Shown one piece after another: positions 10,066-20,088 of a stretch of DNA of 64,000 nt. Under the pieces are notes generated by a model. That model saw only the letters and a list, made by a program, of their open reading frames with translations, was not told the DNA's origin and did no database searches. Every line of letters begins with the position of its first letter. The first letter of the stretch is position 1. A program made the translations under genes and the position numbers. The DNA is from an uncultured bacterium. Lineage in GTDB: Bacteria; Bacillota_I; Bacilli_A; RFN20; CAG-826. The DNA is taken from assembly GCA_949297275.1 (NCBI GenBank), contig CASFQR010000007.1, forward strand, positions 2,627-66,626, written 5' to 3'.

Positions 10066-10527
10066 CTAAGAAATATTCCAGCATTCATCGAATAAATTTA
10101 AAACAGTTTCGTTTAATTCGTCTTTTGTTAATTCCATTCTTTTAATCACATCAATAGGGACGATTCGCTCAGTCACGCGCATGGCATTTTGCTTTAAAAT
10201 ATCGGCGATTGGTTTTTTAAAATCAACATAGATTTTATGATCAAAGCCTGCAATTTCCCCATATTTTATGCGAAATTGGTTATACAAATTGGTTGCATCA
10301 ACAATGACAGTAATATTTTGATAATGGTCGCGGCCATAAATGATTAAATCATAGAATCGCTGCCACATTTCTTTTTCCTTCGTAAAATTTTGAAATTCGC
10401 CTGTCATCACTTTTCTTAATTCATCACTACTAACAATCATTGTAAAAGGGTGCTCTCTAGCGTATTTTCTTGCCCAGGTCGATTTTCCTACCCCAGGTAA
10501 ACCCGATAAAAGAATAAGTGTTTTCAC
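10066..10527 (-). CDS. AAA_33 / polynucleotide-kinase-like P-loop kinase
   Basis: GLPGVGKSTWA, SSDELR and VIVDATN motifs. Confidence 0.8.
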   Translation of the reverse strand: MKTLILLSGLPGVGKSTWARKYAREHPFTMIVSSDELRKVMTGEFQNFTKEKEMWQRFYDLIIYGRDHYQNITVIVDATNLYNQFRIKYGEIAGFDHKIYVDFKKPIADILKQNAMRVTERIVPIDVIKRMELTKDELNETVLNLFDECWNIS

Positions 10528-10669
10528 ATATTTATTTTAGAGATTTATTTATAAGATACATTATGTAAACGCTTTCATTAGGAGATTTATTTTTTAGAAA
10601 AAGAATAATTAGTATTTGCATAACAAAAAGGATTATTTTTAAATGAATTAAAAGTGCAAAAATTATCCT

Positions 10670-10890
10670 TTAATGGCAAATTTTTGCAGTATATTTCAAA
10701 AGTATCTTCGCAGCTTAAGTTTGGCTTAGCTGATTTAAACTCTTTAAATGACAACGGGAAAATATTAATTAGCCATCCTCGGCCACAAAATTCAGTTGCA
10801 ATATCACTCTGCTTTTGTAAGTTTTAAGTTTTCAAACGCATCAAAATTTATTTCAATTATGTACTTTTCATCAGTCACATTATGCAATTA
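10670..10890 (-). pseudogene. Fragment of an AAA_14/DUF4143-type ATPase
   Basis: Manual translation KYIIEINFDAFENLKL / SDIATEFCGRGWLINIFPLSFKEF. Frameshifted, with an internal deletion. Confidence 0.6.
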
Positions 10891-11032
10891 GTCTACTGCA
10901 AATTTTTGCCTAAAAAGGCATTTTTTTGTTTTAAATGTTATTGAAAACAAATTTCACTAAAAAATGCTTGGAAAACGCCTTAACTGACATCAAAATTGGA
11001 AAGCGAACGCCTTTAATGCCCAATAAAAGAGA

Positions 11033-11283
11033 TTAGTCTTCCTTTTTAAAAATTATTTCCCAATGTCCTGCTTTCAATGAACCGACGAGCTTTATTTCAT
11101 CGCTACTTTTGATAGTGCGAGCGATCGTAACCTTGGACACTCAAAGCTTTTCAGATAATTCCTTACGCTTTATAGAAGGATTATTTCTAATTTTGTTTTT
11201 AATTAAATCAATAATTTTGATTTTTGGGTGTCATTTTGGGTGTCATGAGTACCTATCGGATTCAAACTATGCAAAGTAACCAT
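11033..11283 (-). pseudogene. Orphan C-terminal module: 12-bp repeat + winged HTH (copy 3)
   Basis: MVTLHSLNPIGTHDTQNDTQK, frameshift, IIDLIKNKIRNNPSIKRKELSEKL*VSKVTIARTIKSSDEIKLVGSLKAGHWEIIFKKED*. Repeat TTTGGGTGTCAT x2 at 11223-11246. Confidence 0.7.
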
Positions 11284-11359
11284 GGAATAACTCTTGCTAA
11301 CTCTTCATCTTGATAACCACAAAATCATCTCTATCATTTAAAATAACACTAATAAATTA

Positions 11360-11640
11360 TCAATTTTTCAATGTCCACTTATCGTGTTGATTGATTCTAT
11401 TTGCAATAATGCCTTTTTTCTTGAAGAAACAAAAGTGCAGCGCACTATGCCACAGAAATTCCAAGTTTCAAGGCAATTTCATCATAGGTTATATATGGAT
11501 CTGTTTTTATTAATTCGATGATTGTTTCTTCACGGGTTCTGTTAGAAAATTCTGGGTGCTCATCTGGGCGCTCATTTTGATTTAATTTGAAAACTACATC
11601 GGAATCATATGACATAATTATTAATATAAAACTATCGATA
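11360..11640 (-). pseudogene. Orphan C-terminal module: 12-bp repeat + winged HTH (copy 2)
   Basis: SFILIIMSYDSDVVFKLNQNERPDEHPEFSNRTREETIIELIKTDPYITYDEIALKLGISVA*, then a frameshifted tail ending ...ISGH*KI. Imperfect 12-bp repeat at about 11551-11576. Confidence 0.6.
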
Positions 11641-11670
11641 ATATTAAAGATTTTTCAACATAGGATGATT

Positions 11671-13031
11671 TTAATCCTCTTTATCGTTTTCCACTATTTG
11701 CCAGTGGCCATTTTTATCTGAGCCGTCTCTATAAATTAAACCTTTATTCTTAAGAGAAACAAGCGTTCTTGCAACTGTGCGAAGAGATAGGTTTGTTTTC
11801 TCACACATTTCTTTTCTAGTAAGATTACCATTTAAAGAGTGGCGTCCATTATTAGTTTTTCTGATTTAGAAACTACACCATCATTTACAGTGCCATTTAC
11901 AGTGCCATTTACAGTGCCATTTACAGTGCCATCTTGATTAAATCCATTCTTATCAAACGGAATCGTAACAGTAATAGTATTGGCAGAAAATTTATAAGCA
12001 CCCTTGCCATAAACCTTCACCACTTCAGGAACACCGTGTCCAGAACGTTCAACAATGCGGCACGATTTAAATATGTCCATCAAGTCAGGATTAACGGGTT
12101 TAGAAATACCTGTTAAAAATTCTTCTTCAGTAAGACCATAAGGAAGTCCGCCTTGCGATTCTATTTCCATCCTATCTTCATAAATATAGATTTGCGGTGA
12201 AATATGGTTATCCCATGAGTTGTGGACACAGGCATTGATCCAAGCCTCCTCAAATGCTTTATTGTCAAACATTCTTTTTTCTTTTCGGGGTCTACTACTA
12301 ACATCGACATAAGTAGGGTTAATTGCCTCACAGTAATTTATCGCGTCCTTGTATGCTTGTATTAGCGATTTATTACCATATTCATTACGCATTAAATACT
12401 CGGTCTTATCTTTTCCTTTAAAAACACAAACCGCAATCGAAATCCTATTTTCATCTGATAATAAATCTGCTAATAAGTTGTATCTCCCTTCATTTGTTAC
12501 AAGGTTAAAATTACTTAAGAAAGTATCATCATTAATATGAATTTGATTTAAACGAAGCTTATCTCTTAATGTCTCAAATTTTAAATCGGTTCTATTAACA
12601 GGGATTTCGCTTAACAAGGTGCGCTTATAATTTAAAGAAGCAACGAATCTTCTATCTATCTCCTCTTCACTCATCGGCGTTGAAGATGTTCCATCTCGAT
12701 AGAAACAACCAGTCGCACTTCTCCCCTCTTTCTTAATGTAATAGAGTTTATTTCCTTTAGTTACTTTAATAACAATGATCGTTTTATCATCTTCAAGTAA
12801 TGAACCTATTTCACATAAACCTTCAGTAGATGGCAGAATCTGATCTCTAATAATATCTCTAATTTCTCTCATTGTTTTATCAACATTAGAAATATCTAAG
12901 ATATCATCATTATTATCAACACCTATATAGATAGTCCCATTTCTCGTATTAAGAAAAGCAACGACTTCTTATGCAAAGTCTTTCGTTAATGTTCTTTTAA
13001 GTTCGATAGTTTCAGATTCTTGAAATTTCAT
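11671..13031 (-). pseudogene. Schlafen/AlbA_2 + HATPase_c_4 ('RecG C-terminal') + wHTH protein, disrupted
   Basis: True start at 13031: MKFQESETIELKRTLTKDFA*EVVAFLNTRNGTIYIGVD, in-frame TAA at 12969-12971. EAWINACVHN and ERSGHGV motifs. Frameshift near 11832 before NGNLTRKEMCEKTNLSLRTVARTL...GSDKNGHWQIV. Confidence 0.85.
11882..11929. repeat. 12-bp tandem repeat CATTTACAGTGC x4 (encodes GTVN x4)
   Basis: Read directly from the sequence. Confidence 0.95.
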
Positions 13032-13304
13032 AATAAAAAGGATTTTCTATCAAATATTATATAGAAAAAACCGACAGAATATCTAGGAATTTACGCTTAT
13101 TTTGTAGTAACTAAATCAACATGGCAAATTATCTTCTTATATCCTTATTTATAATTTACGAATATTCTAACTCGAAGGGCTACCTCGGTGTGCGTGCTTC
13201 GATGGTTTAAAGATTTAGAGGAGTTTTTGACTATTTCCATGGCTATAACATAATCCTAAAAATTTAGGATACGACATAGTAAGCACGAATTAGTAAGATT
13301 TGGT

Positions 13305-13334
13305 AAAAAAACCTATAATGACTAACATTATAGG
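13305..13334 (-). terminator. Terminator of tRNA-Lys
   Basis: CCTATAATG-actaa-CATTATAGG stem with a 7-T run on the - strand. Confidence 0.7.
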
Positions 13335-13348
13335 CGTTTTTTTAAAGA

Positions 13349-13424
13349 TGGTACACCATACAGGGATCGAACCTGCGACCCACTGATTAAGAGTCAGTTG
13401 CTCTTCCAGCTGAGCTAATGGTGC
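13349..13424 (-). tRNA. tRNA-Lys (CTT)
   Basis: Reverse complement: GCACCATTAGCTCAGCTGGAAGAGCA-ACTGA-CTCTTAA-TCAGT-GGGTCGCAGGTTCGATCCCTGTATGGTGTACCA. Confidence 0.95.
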
Positions 13425-13466
13425 AAGCGCACTAATAATAATATAAATAAAGATAATATTCAAGAT

Positions 13467-13490
13467 AAAAAGGGGTCAAAATTGACCCCT
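13467..13490 (-). terminator. Terminator of the nuclease-ABC operon
   Basis: AGGGGTCAA-aa-TTGACCCCT hairpin followed by Ts on the - strand. Confidence 0.75.
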
Positions 13491-13514
13491 GATTATTTTT
13501 TAATTAAGGAAAGA

Positions 13515-14765
13515 TTAAGCAGTAGCTAAAGCGATATCGCCTTCGTTCCAAGGCATGACTTCATAAGCGGCATCGGCTGTGCTTTCCCAGCCACTTTGAA
13601 CACCACTATTGAAATTCAATGTACCTTTAATCTTAAGGGTATCACCGCGTTTCACATTAGCTAAAACTTCCGCATAGGCATCGCCAATCCCAGCGTTTTC
13701 ACGATTGACATGGTAATTGTAGGCGATATTAAGAGAAGCACCACCAATATCGACAGCAAAAACGCAACGCGCGCCAGGAGTAAAGGCATCAATTTGATTA
13801 CCGTTTTGATCAAAATATTGACCTATGAAACGACCTTCAAATTCAACTGGACGGTGGCAATAACCATCAAATTGTGAAAGAGTATTATATAATTCAGCTG
13901 TCAATTGAATGGCTGGAGCTGGTTCTTCAACATTCGTTGTATTTTCTTCTTCAGGAACATCGCGAATAGCGTTCACAAAAGAAAGTTGAGGTGCACCATA
14001 GTAACTAGCTGTTTCAGCTCGCACTTCAATTAAATTACCAACTGTTAAATGACGATAATTAGAAGGAATTAAACCAGTGCCACTACCAGCATAAAGGGTC
14101 ATATAGTGTTCACCATCAGCGATTAAAGCTGTATTACCATCAGGTAAATAGCCAACAACATAACCGCGTGTCTTAACATAATAATAAGCCGAATCATTAT
14201 TAGTTTTTCCAATCCAGGAATAGCGGCCATCCTCGCCAGTTTCATATAATTCTTCAATGGTATATTCGACAAATTCTAATGTAGTTCCATAGGCCGTCGC
14301 GTTATAAGTGGAAGTTGCAGTCACTGTTTGGCCTTCAATTGAAGCGGTAACTTCAAAAGATAATGGGACTGATTGTTTATCAGGAATATTATCAAAATTA
14401 ACTTCAATCATACTAATCGCATCATTTTTAGGATCACTATTAGGAACAAAAGTTAAATAATCATTATATTGTTCGTCCCAACTCCAATCAAAATCGACGC
14501 GAATTTGTTTATTATAACCGCGCGGAGTAGTTAACATATAAGAGAAAACTTCGACATTGTCGCCGCTATCGCATAAAAGGTTATTCATCATATTTGCACC
14601 AGGCACTAGAGGAATACCACCACTACTCGTCGCACAAATCGCGCGAACATTAACAGCGTAATCAACATAAGCTTGATAATCTTCTTCGCTCATACAACTT
14701 GTTAATCCTGTAATTAATAGAGGAATAACTAATAAACCAGCAAATTTCGTTTTCATTATTTTCAT
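13515..14765 (-). CDS. Lipoprotein with two predicted OB-fold (nucleic-acid-binding) domains
   Basis: LTSC lipobox. YVKTRGYVVG...LTVGNLIEVRAETASYYGAPQL and VEFEGRFIG...VKRGDTLKIKGTL resemble the OB folds of extracellular nucleases. Confidence 0.6.
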   Translation of the reverse strand: MKIMKTKFAGLLVIPLLITGLTSCMSEEDYQAYVDYAVNVRAICATSSGGIPLVPGANMMNNLLCDSGDNVEVFSYMLTTPRGYNKQIRVDFDWSWDEQYNDYLTFVPNSDPKNDAISMIEVNFDNIPDKQSVPLSFEVTASIEGQTVTATSTYNATAYGTTLEFVEYTIEELYETGEDGRYSWIGKTNNDSAYYYVKTRGYVVGYLPDGNTALIADGEHYMTLYAGSGTGLIPSNYRHLTVGNLIEVRAETASYYGAPQLSFVNAIRDVPEEENTTNVEEPAPAIQLTAELYNTLSQFDGYCHRPVEFEGRFIGQYFDQNGNQIDAFTPGARCVFAVDIGGASLNIAYNYHVNRENAGIGDAYAEVLANVKRGDTLKIKGTLNFNSGVQSGWESTADAAYEVMPWNEGDIALATA

Positions 14766-14772
14766 CCTTTCT

Positions 14773-16311
14773 TTAATTTGCTAAAAGTGGATAAACATAT
14801 CCACGAACATATGTGGAGCCATTCCATTCATAACGTGTAGAATCGAAATATGGTTCAGTGACTCCACTATTAAATAGCTGCAATTGGTAGGTGTCATAAT
14901 ATTTGCTTAAATAAGCGGTGACGCGATATGTTACACCGATATTAAAGAAGCTAACGCTCTTGGAATTAGTCGCTTCAAATTCCGAACGAATATTTAATTT
15001 CACATCCGTCTTAGCAACACTTCCATAAACAGTATAATCACCATCATCAGCTATTCGATAATAATTTTGACCTTCCGCCATATTAGAAGGCGCCTCATCA
15101 TTTTCATCCGCTGCCCGAATAGTTACATCCATTTGAACATATTGGCCGACTATTTTATCTAATTTATCAATCGTGTCAATATTTTCATCTAGATAACTAT
15201 AAGGGGCGATATTATAGACATATTCAGAATTAATTTCTCGTAGTTTAGCAGCGATTGCATTAATTTTAGTTTCGTCATTCCAATCTTCTTTATTTTCAAT
15301 CCCAAAAGATTCAACATTGATATGACGCGTAATACCGCGGCCTAAGAAAACATCATCTTGTAAATCGGTGAGTTGAATATTACCGCTATAAGTAGTCGCA
15401 CGGCAATAAACTTGGATGACATCGCCAATATGATAACGGTCGCGATAATCCTTACCAAAACCAACATATAGATAAATTGATTCATAGATATTATCGCCAT
15501 CAGGATCAACTAAATCACGCAAGACAAAATTGTGACCAATCATCCCAACAATGACACCCATCACATGTAGACGGACACCGCTACCACCTTCATCTTCCGT
15601 AACGCCATAATTGCTATAATTTTCTCTTAATTCATCAATTGTTACTTCTAAAATCTTATTAGTGTAATCATAATCAGGATCCATTTCGCCATTGACGCGG
15701 CGGCCGCTATTAGACGCAGCTAAACCCGCCCGATTAAAAGCTTCTAGATAAGGACAAAATAAAGAGAAAGTGCCTAAATTGTTAACCGAATAACAATTTT
15801 CAATTAATTCTAAATTTAATAAACGATAATCGTCACCTGCTTTTACTTGATACCATAAGAAGCATAAATAGCGTTGACTCGAGGTATTATCAGTAATATC
15901 AAACGAATCATAATCGTTTTGTAAAACAACAGAATAGACTTTTTGTTTATTATTAGTGTCATCCCAAAGAATATCTTTCACAAACGCCGAGGCTTTAACA
16001 CCCCAAGGTTGAACTTGCGCCGTACTTTCTGGGGTGTTAACACCAATTAATCGACAAGTAAAGGAGGATTCACTAACTTGATGAGGATTTTCTACTCGAC
16101 CATTTAAGAAATTCATCGTATCGCCATCAGTTACACCAGTTAAAGTTACTTCACCAATTGCCCTTACACCATCGCTAGGTTCGGTAAAAATTTGATTTTC
16201 AAAATTAGCAGTTAGTTTTAAGGCATCAGTTTCAGGTGTCTTAAAAGCGTTACAACCACTTAATAGCGGGATTGCTAATAATAACGATAAAAGTAATGAT
16301 CGATATTTCAT
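14773..16311 (-). CDS. Lipoprotein thermonuclease (SNase) with C-terminal OB folds
   Basis: LSGC lipobox. VTDGDT, RLIGVNTPE, WGVKASAF, RYLCFLW, LNLELIE SNase motifs. IGDVIQVYCRATTYSGNIQL and IGVTYRVTAYLSKYYDTYQL OB-like segments. Confidence 0.8.
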   Translation of the reverse strand: MKYRSLLLSLLLAIPLLSGCNAFKTPETDALKLTANFENQIFTEPSDGVRAIGEVTLTGVTDGDTMNFLNGRVENPHQVSESSFTCRLIGVNTPESTAQVQPWGVKASAFVKDILWDDTNNKQKVYSVVLQNDYDSFDITDNTSSQRYLCFLWYQVKAGDDYRLLNLELIENCYSVNNLGTFSLFCPYLEAFNRAGLAASNSGRRVNGEMDPDYDYTNKILEVTIDELRENYSNYGVTEDEGGSGVRLHVMGVIVGMIGHNFVLRDLVDPDGDNIYESIYLYVGFGKDYRDRYHIGDVIQVYCRATTYSGNIQLTDLQDDVFLGRGITRHINVESFGIENKEDWNDETKINAIAAKLREINSEYVYNIAPYSYLDENIDTIDKLDKIVGQYVQMDVTIRAADENDEAPSNMAEGQNYYRIADDGDYTVYGSVAKTDVKLNIRSEFEATNSKSVSFFNIGVTYRVTAYLSKYYDTYQLQLFNSGVTEPYFDSTRYEWNGSTYVRGYVYPLLAN

Positions 16312-16317
16312 ATTAAA

Positions 16318-17868
16318 TTAGATGCGATCTTCAACTGGAACAAATTGCGCAATTGAGCCAGTATAAAGATTACGATAAACATTAGGAATATCGTCTTCGC
16401 TTTCGCACATGAAGACTTGGGCCATGACATTATCAACTGCTAAACGAATTTGGGAAGAACCAATGAAGCCAGGATCAACGAATTTAACCCAGGCGACTTC
16501 GTCAGCGGTTTCTTCTAACATATAGTTTTCTTCATTAACGGTGAAACTTTCTTGATATAAAACTTGTGTCGCGGTTAAAGTGCTAGGATCAGCGGCAATG
16601 AAGTTTTTGTAAGTATCAGTTTCAGTAGCAGATTTACTAGCAGGATAATAACCAGTAGTAACTGACCATTTAGCTTGAGCTTCACCAGTTGATAACCAAA
16701 CGATTAAGTCGAAGGTATTTTGAATATCTTCTTCATCGCCTTGGTCAAATAAACCTAAAGATGTTCCTTGAGAAATAACATATTTACGAACAACTTCACC
16801 TTCACCATCATAATTTGTCACATTATAAGGAATCGGGGCTAAGTGGACTTCGCCGTTACCACCACTGTTATAAGATAAACCACCACTAGAGCAAATGGTA
16901 AAGATGCAGTTACCAGCTTTAAATTGGTCACTAGAATAATCACTTGTGCCACCCATATCAGTCGGGAAACCAAAGATACCTTCGCGATAGAGATTACGCC
17001 AATATTTGCTCATTTCTAAGGTGCGATTTGCGTTATCATTTTTAGTACTATAGAATTGGACAGTACCTTGACCATATTCATTAACTTCAGTATATTCTGA
17101 ACCCCATTGACGGACTAAGGTAATGAACATATTCGCTGCGCTATCCCAAGAGAAAACACGGAATTTATCAGCAGTAACTGAGCGTAAATCCATCGCAGTT
17201 TCTACACCGGCTGTTTCCACTGCTGCTTCCGTATCATAAACTTTATAATCCGTACCGATAATCTTACCAAAGAAACCTTGCATAGCTGGAATGATTTTAC
17301 GACCTAAAGTTGCCATTTCATCCCAAGTCTTAGGAGCAACAAATTCGTCGCCTTCAATGATGGTATCATCCACCGTATCAAGAGCTTCTAATAAAGTTAA
17401 ATTATAAGCCATTACTTCAGTTGATTTATTAAATGGTACGCCCATCGTATAATCTTCATAAAGTGTTTGGTTTTCTAACATGTAGTCAGCATAATAATCA
17501 TTTAACAAATCGGTACCATGTTCCGCATCATAGGCGGTAATATAATCATCAAGTGGTATCATAATTTGCGAAGAAATATAACCAGCAAAGTGATCGGGAT
17601 AGCCATTAGCCATATTTGGGAAGGCGTTTTGAGAGACCGAATTATTAATTGCTGATTGCAAATTATCATAGCCGCCTTTTGATTCGTGGTAGATTGATAA
17701 TTGACTAAGCTCTGAATATTCATCTAATAATGTTTCAAGTGCACCGGTATAACTAGAACCAAAGCCTGTCCAGAAGACAATATCATAATTCATCCCCGGG
17801 CAACTTGATAAAACAAGCGAAGCACCCATTAACATTGCTAGAGAACTAATTTTCAAATTCTTTTTCAT
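16318..17868 (-). CDS. ABC transporter substrate-binding lipoprotein (UgpB/MalE-like)
   Basis: LSSC lipobox. IVFWTGFG, PNMANGYPDHFA, VPFNKSTEVMAYN, PKTWDEM, WSVTTGYYP. Confidence 0.88.
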   Translation of the reverse strand: MKKNLKISSLAMLMGASLVLSSCPGMNYDIVFWTGFGSSYTGALETLLDEYSELSQLSIYHESKGGYDNLQSAINNSVSQNAFPNMANGYPDHFAGYISSQIMIPLDDYITAYDAEHGTDLLNDYYADYMLENQTLYEDYTMGVPFNKSTEVMAYNLTLLEALDTVDDTIIEGDEFVAPKTWDEMATLGRKIIPAMQGFFGKIIGTDYKVYDTEAAVETAGVETAMDLRSVTADKFRVFSWDSAANMFITLVRQWGSEYTEVNEYGQGTVQFYSTKNDNANRTLEMSKYWRNLYREGIFGFPTDMGGTSDYSSDQFKAGNCIFTICSSGGLSYNSGGNGEVHLAPIPYNVTNYDGEGEVVRKYVISQGTSLGLFDQGDEEDIQNTFDLIVWLSTGEAQAKWSVTTGYYPASKSATETDTYKNFIAADPSTLTATQVLYQESFTVNEENYMLEETADEVAWVKFVDPGFIGSSQIRLAVDNVMAQVFMCESEDDIPNVYRNLYTGSIAQFVPVEDRI

Positions 17869-17923
17869 AGGAATTTTTTCTATCTCCTTTCAATATATAT
17901 TAACGCAAGGCGTTAACACCAAA

Positions 17924-18874
17924 TTAACCTTTAATGCCAGAACGACTGACACCACGCATAATGTATTTTCTAAAAATTAAGAAGAAAACAAATAAGGGGG
18001 CGGTTACAACCGTTGAACCAGCAATCATTGCGGTATTATCATTACCAAAATCACCTTGGAAGAGTGCCATAAGACCATTGGACACTAAGCGCATATCATA
18101 ATCAGGATCAAAACGATACATCCCGTTAGCGACAAGTTGTGGCCAAACATAAGAATTCCATGCACCCATTAAAGAGAGAATCACAATTGTCATGACCGTT
18201 GGCATCCCAATTGGTAACATTACTTTCCATAAATAACCAATATCACCAACACCATCCACCTTCGCGGCTAGATATAATTCATTAGGAATTTGTTGGAAAG
18301 TTTGTCTTAAGTAATAAATATAGAAAATGGAAACACCATGGACTAAGATTAAGGCTGCGAAAGTTGATTCCCACCCAAAGGCAATCGTTGTTTGGTAATT
18401 AGTAATAACCATCATTTCACCAGGAATCATCATTGTTGATAATAAGAGGGTGAATAATAAATTTTTACCTTTAAATTCTAAGCGCGCGAAGGCAAAGGCC
18501 GATAAAACCGAAGTAATCACAGTAACAAGGGTCGAGCCAATTGCAACCACAAAGGTATTTAAGAAATATTGGGCAAAAGAAGTTCTTTCGACTTCGACAC
18601 CCATACTATTAGTCGTGGTCGCCGCAAAGATTTTTACATAATTATTAACTGTCCAATTATCAAATGCTAAGAAGGAGAAATCACCAGTAGCCGTAAATTG
18701 ACTAAAGGCCAAGGTATCAATAAAGCTACCCACGAGCATGAAGATAAAAGGTACGAGCATGAAGATTGCAAAAATTGTTAAGAAACCATAAAGGAGAATA
18801 TTAACAATGACGGTTTTTATTTTATAGTTGCGACGAGCTTTCTCATCAGCGAAATATAATTCACCAGTAGCCAT
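17924..18874 (-). CDS. CUT1 ABC permease (UgpE/MalG-like)
   Basis: AFAFARLEFKGK, ELYLAAKVDG EAA motif, C-terminal GVSRSGIKG. Confidence 0.92.
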   Translation of the reverse strand: MATGELYFADEKARRNYKIKTVIVNILLYGFLTIFAIFMLVPFIFMLVGSFIDTLAFSQFTATGDFSFLAFDNWTVNNYVKIFAATTTNSMGVEVERTSFAQYFLNTFVVAIGSTLVTVITSVLSAFAFARLEFKGKNLLFTLLLSTMMIPGEMMVITNYQTTIAFGWESTFAALILVHGVSIFYIYYLRQTFQQIPNELYLAAKVDGVGDIGYLWKVMLPIGMPTVMTIVILSLMGAWNSYVWPQLVANGMYRFDPDYDMRLVSNGLMALFQGDFGNDNTAMIAGSTVVTAPLFVFFLIFRKYIMRGVSRSGIKG

Positions 18875-18886
18875 ATTTTCTCCTTT

Positions 18887-20077
18887 CTAGTAATGCACTC
18901 GCTTTTTACTGACCGCAAATTGCACGACAGTAATAACGAGAATAATTACTAATAACACTAAAGAACCGGAAGCCGCAATGCCAGGTTCAAACATTGAATT
19001 AACTTTTAATTCACGATAAATCCAACCGACAATCGGCATCCACTGCGTCCCATCACTACCACCGAAATAGTAGGCGTTGCTATCTAAGAAGACGGCTCTA
19101 ACACCGGTATACATCTTGAAGGCACCTATGAAGGATGTAATCGTGATATATAAGATTTGCGGTGATAATAAAGGAAGAGTAATTCTTCGCCAAATAGTTA
19201 AGCGCGAACTACCATCAACGCGCGCAGCGTCATAATATTGTTTATCGATTGTTGCTAAGCCGCTCATAAAGACTAAAATCTTAAAAGCTAAACCATCCCA
19301 AACCGCATAAGTAACAATAACAACGCCGGAAGCGAATTTCGTCGCTGATTGTGTCGAACTTAAATATAATAACCAGTTAACTGGTTCAATGCCAAACCAA
19401 CCTAAAACGATATTTACTAGACCACCGGCGTCGCTTTTAAATAACATATTGAAGATTAAACCTAAAGCGATAGTGTTAGTAACATAAGGTAAAAAGAAGA
19501 TCGTTTGATATAAACCTTTGAGAACTTTAATTGAATTCAAACAAGTGGCAATAACTAACGAAATAATAATCGTCAAAGGAACTTCGATAATAACCAAAAG
19601 GGCGGTATTACCAATCGCATTTAAAAATTCTCGATTGCTTAAAACTTCCGCAAAATTGCCAAAGCCAAAAGAAGGTACCTCACGCATGGGGTTAGGTTCT
19701 AAAACAGCGGTAATAAAATTACCAATTGTGAAAGAACCACCACCTCTAATCCAAGAGAAATCTTCAATAAAGGCCATGAAGAAGGTATTAATAATTGGGT
19801 AGAACATAAAGAGAACAATGAAAATTAACGCCGGAATCATTACAATCCACGCGGTTGCCCATTGTGGAAGTTGAATGCGTCGTCTTTTGGCTTCTAAGTG
19901 TAATAAAGCACTATTTGATTCTGCTGCTATCTTTTCATCTAAAACAACCATCGCTTCACCACTAGGAGAAACTATTGTTGAAGAAGCATTTTCCTTTTCT
20001 TCAACAAAAGTAACATCACTAGTTGTTAATGTTAAGTCGTTCTCTTTATCCTTTGTTTTCTTTTTAGCCATAATCAA
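18887..20077 (-). CDS. CUT1 ABC permease (UgpA/MalF-like)
   Basis: QTIFFLPYVT and YYDAARVDGSS EAA motif. Confidence 0.92.
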   Translation of the reverse strand: MIMAKKKTKDKENDLTLTTSDVTFVEEKENASSTIVSPSGEAMVVLDEKIAAESNSALLHLEAKRRRIQLPQWATAWIVMIPALIFIVLFMFYPIINTFFMAFIEDFSWIRGGGSFTIGNFITAVLEPNPMREVPSFGFGNFAEVLSNREFLNAIGNTALLVIIEVPLTIIISLVIATCLNSIKVLKGLYQTIFFLPYVTNTIALGLIFNMLFKSDAGGLVNIVLGWFGIEPVNWLLYLSSTQSATKFASGVVIVTYAVWDGLAFKILVFMSGLATIDKQYYDAARVDGSSRLTIWRRITLPLLSPQILYITITSFIGAFKMYTGVRAVFLDSNAYYFGGSDGTQWMPIVGWIYRELKVNSMFEPGIAASGSLVLLVIILVITVVQFAVSKKRVHY

Positions 20078-20088
20078 ATACCTAAATA

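Noticed and set aside
11033..11400. TGA read as Trp or Gly (alternative genetic code), suggested by TGA codons in the wHTH fragments
   Set aside because: All core genes are open under code 11 and use TGG for Trp. The fragments also have frameshifts, so simple decay explains the stops.
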